DNA of 64,000 bases. Source: Orbicella franksi. Its lineage: Eukaryota. The notes below the pieces were generated by a model. That model had not been told where the DNA came from. It searched no databases and saw only the letters and a program-made list of their open reading frames with translations. The position numbers were made by a program, and so were the translations under genes. Positions 62,201 to 64,000 of the stretch are shown here, piece after piece. Every line of letters starts with the position of its first letter. Positions within the stretch are counted from its first letter, which is position 1. The stretch is from assembly GCA_964199315.1 (NCBI GenBank), contig OZ116708.1, positions 2,976,001 through 3,040,000 of the forward strand, written 5' to 3'.

Positions 62201-63825
62201 GTGCTCGGTCTCTTGTGGCAAAGGCCAAAGACAGCGGAGTGTTAGTTGTAAGTCTGAAAATGGACAGGCAAGTTTCGGATGTGATGAAAAAATCAAACCA
62301 CCTGTTAAAGAGGACTGTAACATCAGACCATGTCCGTATTGGATGACAGGAGACTGGGGCAAAGTAAGTAGTCGATTCTAACGCCTTTCTGTCAGTAAGT
62401 CACAAAAATTAGGGGAATTATAAACAAAAGTCCAACAGTATCTTAACAGTAACAGTGAACAAAGTTAAGCGAAAATGCCTTGACAAGTTGGACTAGGTTT
62501 ACTCGTACCTTATGTAGTCAGACTCAGTATCAGTTTTGACTATCCGCTTTATAGACGTGTCGTTTCGTTGAGGGAGAGGGATATGGGCCCAACGGACTCG
62601 CAAGTGCTAAAAAAAAATCCATTTCAAGGTTACGGGCTTAGTCCCGCGCGGCCAAAATTAACCATCACGCACTCAACTTGCATAGACGTAGCTCAGCTTG
62701 CGTTGACTTGGTGTGGGTGGCCAAACGGTGAAAGACGTCGACTTGCGTTCAAAATTTGTCTTCACCAAAGTGAGCGCAAGTCATCTCAAGCAGACCTAAG
62801 TTTTCAACTTGCGAGTCCGTTTGACAAGGGCGTTTGTTACACGCTTTTGAGAGGTCACCGTTTACTGAGATGTATGTGAGAAGGTGTTTGGCTTTAAGTA
62901 AGTGTTAAAACCAGAAAAGATAGTTTTACAATGTTCCACACTTATGTGGCCGCTTGTGTTATCTGGTATTGTCTTTCAAGGACGCTTTTGTGTAGCTGAT
63001 TGTCTTTTCTTTTCTTTTCTTTCACAGTGTTCAGTAACTTGTGGCTCAGGAATTAAAACTCGTTCACTGGAATGCAGCGATAAAGATATAAGCTGTGACG
63101 CAAGGACGAAACCGCCGACTACGGAACGATGTGAACTTAAAGAGTGTCCTGAGTGGAAAACAAGCCTGTGGGGAGAGGTAAGTCCGTTTACATGAGGTAT
63201 TTTACGACAATGCCGAACACAACAGAATCGAATGGCTCCGACCGATTCCGAACATTTCCCTGACGGTAACGTCTGCGAGCATATAAGAGTGGCCCTTCAT
63301 GGCGTATTTCCTAGTTTATGTGACAACCCATTCAAGTTAAACTATGTTTGCAATGAAGTTCTTTATTTGTAATTAGTTTGCTTGTGAAGTAATCAAATTT
63401 TGAATTGTGCGTCCTTCTCTTTAGTGCTCAGTCTCCTGCGGCGCAGGCACAAGGCAGCGGGCTGTTGATTGCAGATTCACTGATGGCCGGTCAGGTCCCG
63501 GATGTGACGAGAAAGTCAGGCCAACTGCTAAAGAGGCCTGTAACATCCGACCGTGTCCTTATTGGATAACGGGAGACTGGAGCAAAGTGAGTGGTCAAGT
63601 TTAAACCATTTTCTGCATGTAACTGCAAACTATGAGCGCTAATGATAACTTCTTTCCGTTTTTTTCCATATGTAGTGCTCTGTTACTTGCGGCTCAGGAG
63701 TTAAGAATCGATTAGTGGAATGTAGTGATGAAGATTTCAGCTGTGACGCCAGAACAAAGCCGCTGGCCACACAACGCTGTGAACTTGAAACGTGTCCGCA
63801 GTGGACAACAGGTGCTTGGGGGAAG
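38147..63825 (+). CDS. ADAMTS9: ADAMTS9/20/GON-1-like secreted metalloprotease, 3'-partial; 35 exons, 5286 nt, 1762 codons without a stop
   Basis: Signal peptide, prodomain with PSTCG, furin site RRRRKR, catalytic HELGHVFSLPHD plus Met-turn HLMAP, disintegrin-like domain, central TSP1, Cys-rich, spacer, then 16 more complete TSP1 repeats. All 34 introns are GT-AG and phase-compatible. Confidence 0.9.
38333..38694 (+). CDS. ADAMTS9: ADAMTS exon 2, prodomain
   Basis: ttcag|..[48 protein letters not shown]|gtaagt. Confidence 0.92.
39531..39690 (+). CDS. ADAMTS9: ADAMTS exon 3, prodomain
   Basis: tttcag|[23 protein letters not shown]|gtaagt. Confidence 0.92.
41449..41594 (+). mobile_element. 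5' half of the same SINE family (ADAMTS intron 3)
   Basis: GGTGGCCTCACGGTTAGTGCGCTCGACTCCGGATCGAG..GTGTTCTTGGGCAAG..CCAGGTGTATAAATGGG. Confidence 0.8.
42326..42519 (+). CDS. ADAMTS9: ADAMTS exon 4, furin site and start of catalytic domain
   Basis: tttag|..[34 protein letters not shown]|gtaagt. Confidence 0.92.
44044..44127 (+). CDS. ADAMTS9: ADAMTS exon 5, catalytic
   Basis: taaag|[28 protein letters not shown]|gtatgg. Confidence 0.92.
45110..45234 (+). CDS. ADAMTS9: ADAMTS exon 6, catalytic
   Basis: ttcag|[41 protein letters not shown](R)|gtaagc. Confidence 0.93.
45389..46003. mobile_element. TTAA-flanked (Kolobok-like) MITE, interrupted by a second MITE
   Basis: TTAA-AGGAGCT ... AGCTCCA-TTAA; uninterrupted relative at 48609-48850. 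Confidence 0.7.
45421..45792. mobile_element. Harbinger-like MITE nested in the Kolobok-like element
   Basis: TIRs TTAAGGAATTTAAGTAACCACGACGGCGAC / GTTGCTGTCGTGGTTTTCTTAAACTCCCTAA; TWA-like flanks. Confidence 0.75.
46311..46351 (+). CDS. ADAMTS9: ADAMTS exon 7, catalytic (41 nt)
   Basis: tttcag|[13 protein letters not shown](G)|gtaaat. Confidence 0.9.
46875..46980 (+). CDS. ADAMTS9: ADAMTS exon 8, zinc-binding motif part 1
   Basis: gtcag|[35 protein letters not shown](V)|gtaagt. Confidence 0.95.
47150..47300. repeat. Pyrimidine-rich low-complexity tract and (ATC)n microsatellite upstream of exon 9
   Basis: Direct reading. Confidence 0.85.
47357..47500 (+). CDS. ADAMTS9: ADAMTS exon 9, zinc motif part 2 and Met-turn
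   Basis: tcgtag|[40 protein letters not shown]|gtaagt. Confidence 0.93.
47538..47750. repeat. Degenerate (GCGGGAT)n cluster in ADAMTS intron 9
   Basis: Multiple GGGATGC/GCGGGAT units. Confidence 0.7.
47981..48125 (+). CDS. ADAMTS9: ADAMTS exon 10, catalytic end and disintegrin-like start
   Basis: cccag|[37 protein letters not shown]|gtaagt. Confidence 0.93.
48480..48584 (+). CDS. ADAMTS9: ADAMTS exon 11, disintegrin-like
   Basis: gtaag|[35 protein letters not shown]|gtgagt. Confidence 0.92.
48609..48850. mobile_element. TTAA-flanked (Kolobok-like) MITE, uninterrupted copy
   Basis: TTAA-AGGAGCT ... AGCTCTT-TTAA; shares GGTTAAGGATGGAGAAGATTGAC and AACTTTTCAAGATG with the 45.4-46.0 kb copy. 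Confidence 0.75.
51107..51249 (+). CDS. ADAMTS9: ADAMTS exon 12, central TSP1
   Basis: catag|[40 protein letters not shown]|gtaagt. Confidence 0.93.
51800..51863 (+). CDS. ADAMTS9: ADAMTS exon 13, central TSP1 end
   Basis: acgcag|[21 protein letters not shown]|gtaaca. Confidence 0.93.
51984..52104 (+). CDS. ADAMTS9: ADAMTS exon 14, Cys-rich domain
   Basis: accag|[22 protein letters not shown]|gtacga. Confidence 0.92.
52463..52599 (+). CDS. ADAMTS9: ADAMTS exon 15, Cys-rich domain
   Basis: tacag|[34 protein letters not shown]|gtaaga. Confidence 0.93.
52911..53028 (+). CDS. ADAMTS9: ADAMTS exon 16, Cys-rich end
   Basis: tttag|[39 protein letters not shown](G)|gtaagg. Confidence 0.92.
53621..53713 (+). 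CDS. ADAMTS9: ADAMTS exon 17, spacer
   Basis: cacag|[30 protein letters not shown]|gttagc. Confidence 0.9.
   Translation, partial: GTTIYSQFLSTRPTYLLPSMVGKIAKTPIT
53814..53975 (+). mobile_element. 3' half of the same SINE family (ADAMTS intron 17)
   Basis: CCAGGTGTATAAATGG..GCGATGGACTAGCATCCCATCCAGGG..GCTTCATGCTACTGAAACCGG. Confidence 0.8.
54055..54221 (+). CDS. ADAMTS9: ADAMTS exon 18, spacer
   Basis: atcag|[39 protein letters not shown]|gtgagt. Confidence 0.9.
54755..54887 (+). CDS. ADAMTS9: ADAMTS exon 19, spacer end and TSP1-2 start
   Basis: cgcag|[31 protein letters not shown](G)|gtacga. Confidence 0.92.
55190..55316 (+). CDS. ADAMTS9: ADAMTS exon 20, TSP1-2
   Basis: ttcag|[36 protein letters not shown](R)|gttggt. 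Confidence 0.9.
55457..55658 (+). CDS. ADAMTS9: ADAMTS exon 21, TSP1-3
   Basis: gtcag|[33 protein letters not shown]|gtattt. Confidence 0.92.
55768..55935 (+). CDS. ADAMTS9: ADAMTS exon 22, TSP1
   Basis: tacag|[32 protein letters not shown]|gtaagt. Confidence 0.93.
55970..56250. repeat. (TCTG)n-type microsatellite tracts in ADAMTS intron 22
   Basis: Direct reading; explains the spurious LSVCLSV ORFs. Confidence 0.9.
56432..56927 (+). mobile_element. Hairpin-ended non-autonomous element (~500 bp)
   Basis: Starts TTAGTAGAATTCTACTA, contains CGATTGGCTGAG, repeats TTAGAATTCTACT just before a 107-bp hairpin (56816-56922), ends TTGTTAATTA. Confidence 0.75.
57045..57215 (+). CDS. ADAMTS9: ADAMTS exon 23, TSP1
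   Basis: cccag|[28 protein letters not shown]|gtaagt. Confidence 0.93.
57261..57440. mobile_element. Truncated MITE related to the TAGCCTGC-ended family
   Basis: CTAGCCTGCAATGCA start and AAAATACGCCTGC motif. Confidence 0.45.
57653..57871 (+). CDS. ADAMTS9: ADAMTS exon 24, TSP1
   Basis: cccag|[34 protein letters not shown]|gtaaga. Confidence 0.9.
57982..58182 (+). CDS. ADAMTS9: ADAMTS exon 25, TSP1
   Basis: tgcag|[34 protein letters not shown]|gtaagt. Confidence 0.92.
58213..58770. mobile_element. Two nested hairpin-type elements (inner 58408-58664)
   Basis: Outer arms GTGGTATACCATGGAATATCCCAC (58383) / GTGGGATATTCCACGGTATACCAC (58728); inner TTAGTATATACCACACAAG ... CTTGTGTGGTATATACTAA plus terminal hairpin ending TTGTTAATTA. 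Confidence 0.7.
58829..59092 (+). CDS. ADAMTS9: ADAMTS exon 26, TSP1 + Thr/Pro linker
   Basis: tacag|[37 protein letters not shown]|gtaaaa. Confidence 0.92.
59207..59495. mobile_element. Degenerate hAT-like MITE
   Basis: Ends CAAGGACGGATCC ... AATATGCCCCTG resemble CAGGGGCGGATCC-type TIRs; no intact TSD. Confidence 0.45.
59592..59753 (+). CDS. ADAMTS9: ADAMTS exon 27, TSP1
   Basis: ttaag|[32 protein letters not shown]|gtaagt. Confidence 0.92.
59833..60010. mobile_element. MITE with internal GCCAT(A/G)TTGGTGT direct repeat
   Basis: TAGAGTGTTGTCAAATGACGTCA ... CACGTGAGTGAAAACACTCTA imperfect TIRs. Confidence 0.65.
60151..60312 (+). CDS. ADAMTS9: ADAMTS exon 28, TSP1 type A copy 1
   Basis: tctag|[54 protein letters not shown]|gtatgt. 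Confidence 0.92.
60402..60551 (+). CDS. ADAMTS9: ADAMTS exon 29, TSP1 type B copy 1
   Basis: tacag|[50 protein letters not shown]|gtaaat. Confidence 0.92.
60572..60731. mobile_element. 160-bp near-perfect palindromic MITE in ADAMTS intron 29
   Basis: AATAGACCAATTTCGGTATATTAAAATTCAGCCTAAAACAATAGACCTCAGTACGAGGCTCTGGGGAATAA / TTATTCCCCAGAGCCTCGCACTGAGGTCTATTGTTTTAGGCTGAGTTTTGATATATCGAAATTGGTCTATT. Confidence 0.85.
61156..61317 (+). CDS. ADAMTS9: ADAMTS exon 30, TSP1 type A copy 2
   Basis: tgtag|[54 protein letters not shown]|gtaaga. Confidence 0.92.
61503..61652 (+). CDS. ADAMTS9: ADAMTS exon 31, TSP1 type B copy 2
   Basis: tatag|[50 protein letters not shown]|gttagc. Confidence 0.92.
62202..62363 (+). 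CDS. ADAMTS9: ADAMTS exon 32, TSP1 type A copy 3
   Basis: catag|[54 protein letters not shown]|gtaagt. Confidence 0.92.
62630..62832. mobile_element. Degenerate Harbinger-like MITE remnant in ADAMTS intron 32
   Basis: GGCCAAACGG, ACTTGCG repeats and a terminal GAGTCCGTTTGACAAGGGC. Confidence 0.45.
63028..63177 (+). CDS. ADAMTS9: ADAMTS exon 33, TSP1 type B copy 3
   Basis: cacag|[50 protein letters not shown]|gtaagt. Confidence 0.92.
63425..63586 (+). CDS. ADAMTS9: ADAMTS exon 34, TSP1 type A copy 4
   Basis: tttag|[54 protein letters not shown]|gtgagt. Confidence 0.92.
63676..63825 (+). CDS. ADAMTS9: ADAMTS exon 35, TSP1 type B copy 4 (gene continues past the window)
   Basis: tgtag|[50 protein letters not shown]|gtaaaa. 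Confidence 0.92.
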
Positions 63826-64000
63826 GTAAAACGATTTTTGATAAGATAGCTAAGTTCTATTTGCTTTGCTGGTCGTTTAACATCTGGATAATATCTGTTT
63901 ACTCCAAAACAAATGTTTGTTCGAAGATGCGGTTCTTAGTTGTTTGGCAAGTAAACATTAGCATATGTCACATCCGCACTCACGTGCAGATCACGTGTTG

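Noticed and set aside
60151-63825. CRISPR-like repeat-spacer array
   Set aside because: The repeats are 150-162-nt spliced exons with open frames and GT-AG ends; no short invariant repeats and no cas genes.

Overview
Eukaryotic, intron-rich, AT-rich DNA; the repeat families and gene content suggest a stony coral or related anthozoan (inference, not proven). Three protein-coding genes were reconstructed by hand from GT-AG splice sites and reading-phase continuity. (1) The 3' part of CBLL1/Hakai, a RING/HYB E3 ligase (+, 3 exons, 431-2439). (2) A convergent, complete 3-coding-exon gene (-, 12813-3578, 1065 aa) for a coiled-coil protein with a CENP-F-type N-terminus. (3) A large ADAMTS9/20/GON-1-type metalloprotease (+, ATG at 38147, 35 exons and 1762 codons in the window, running off the right edge). 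The ~25 kb between genes 2 and 3 has no intact ORF, only MITEs, decayed transposon fragments, microsatellites and two N-gaps. The most notable structure is the ADAMTS tail: a two-exon module (162-nt and 150-nt phase-0 TSP1 exons) is repeated four times in strict A-B alternation with mosaic intron homology. No CRISPR array, rRNA or convincing true tRNA gene was found.
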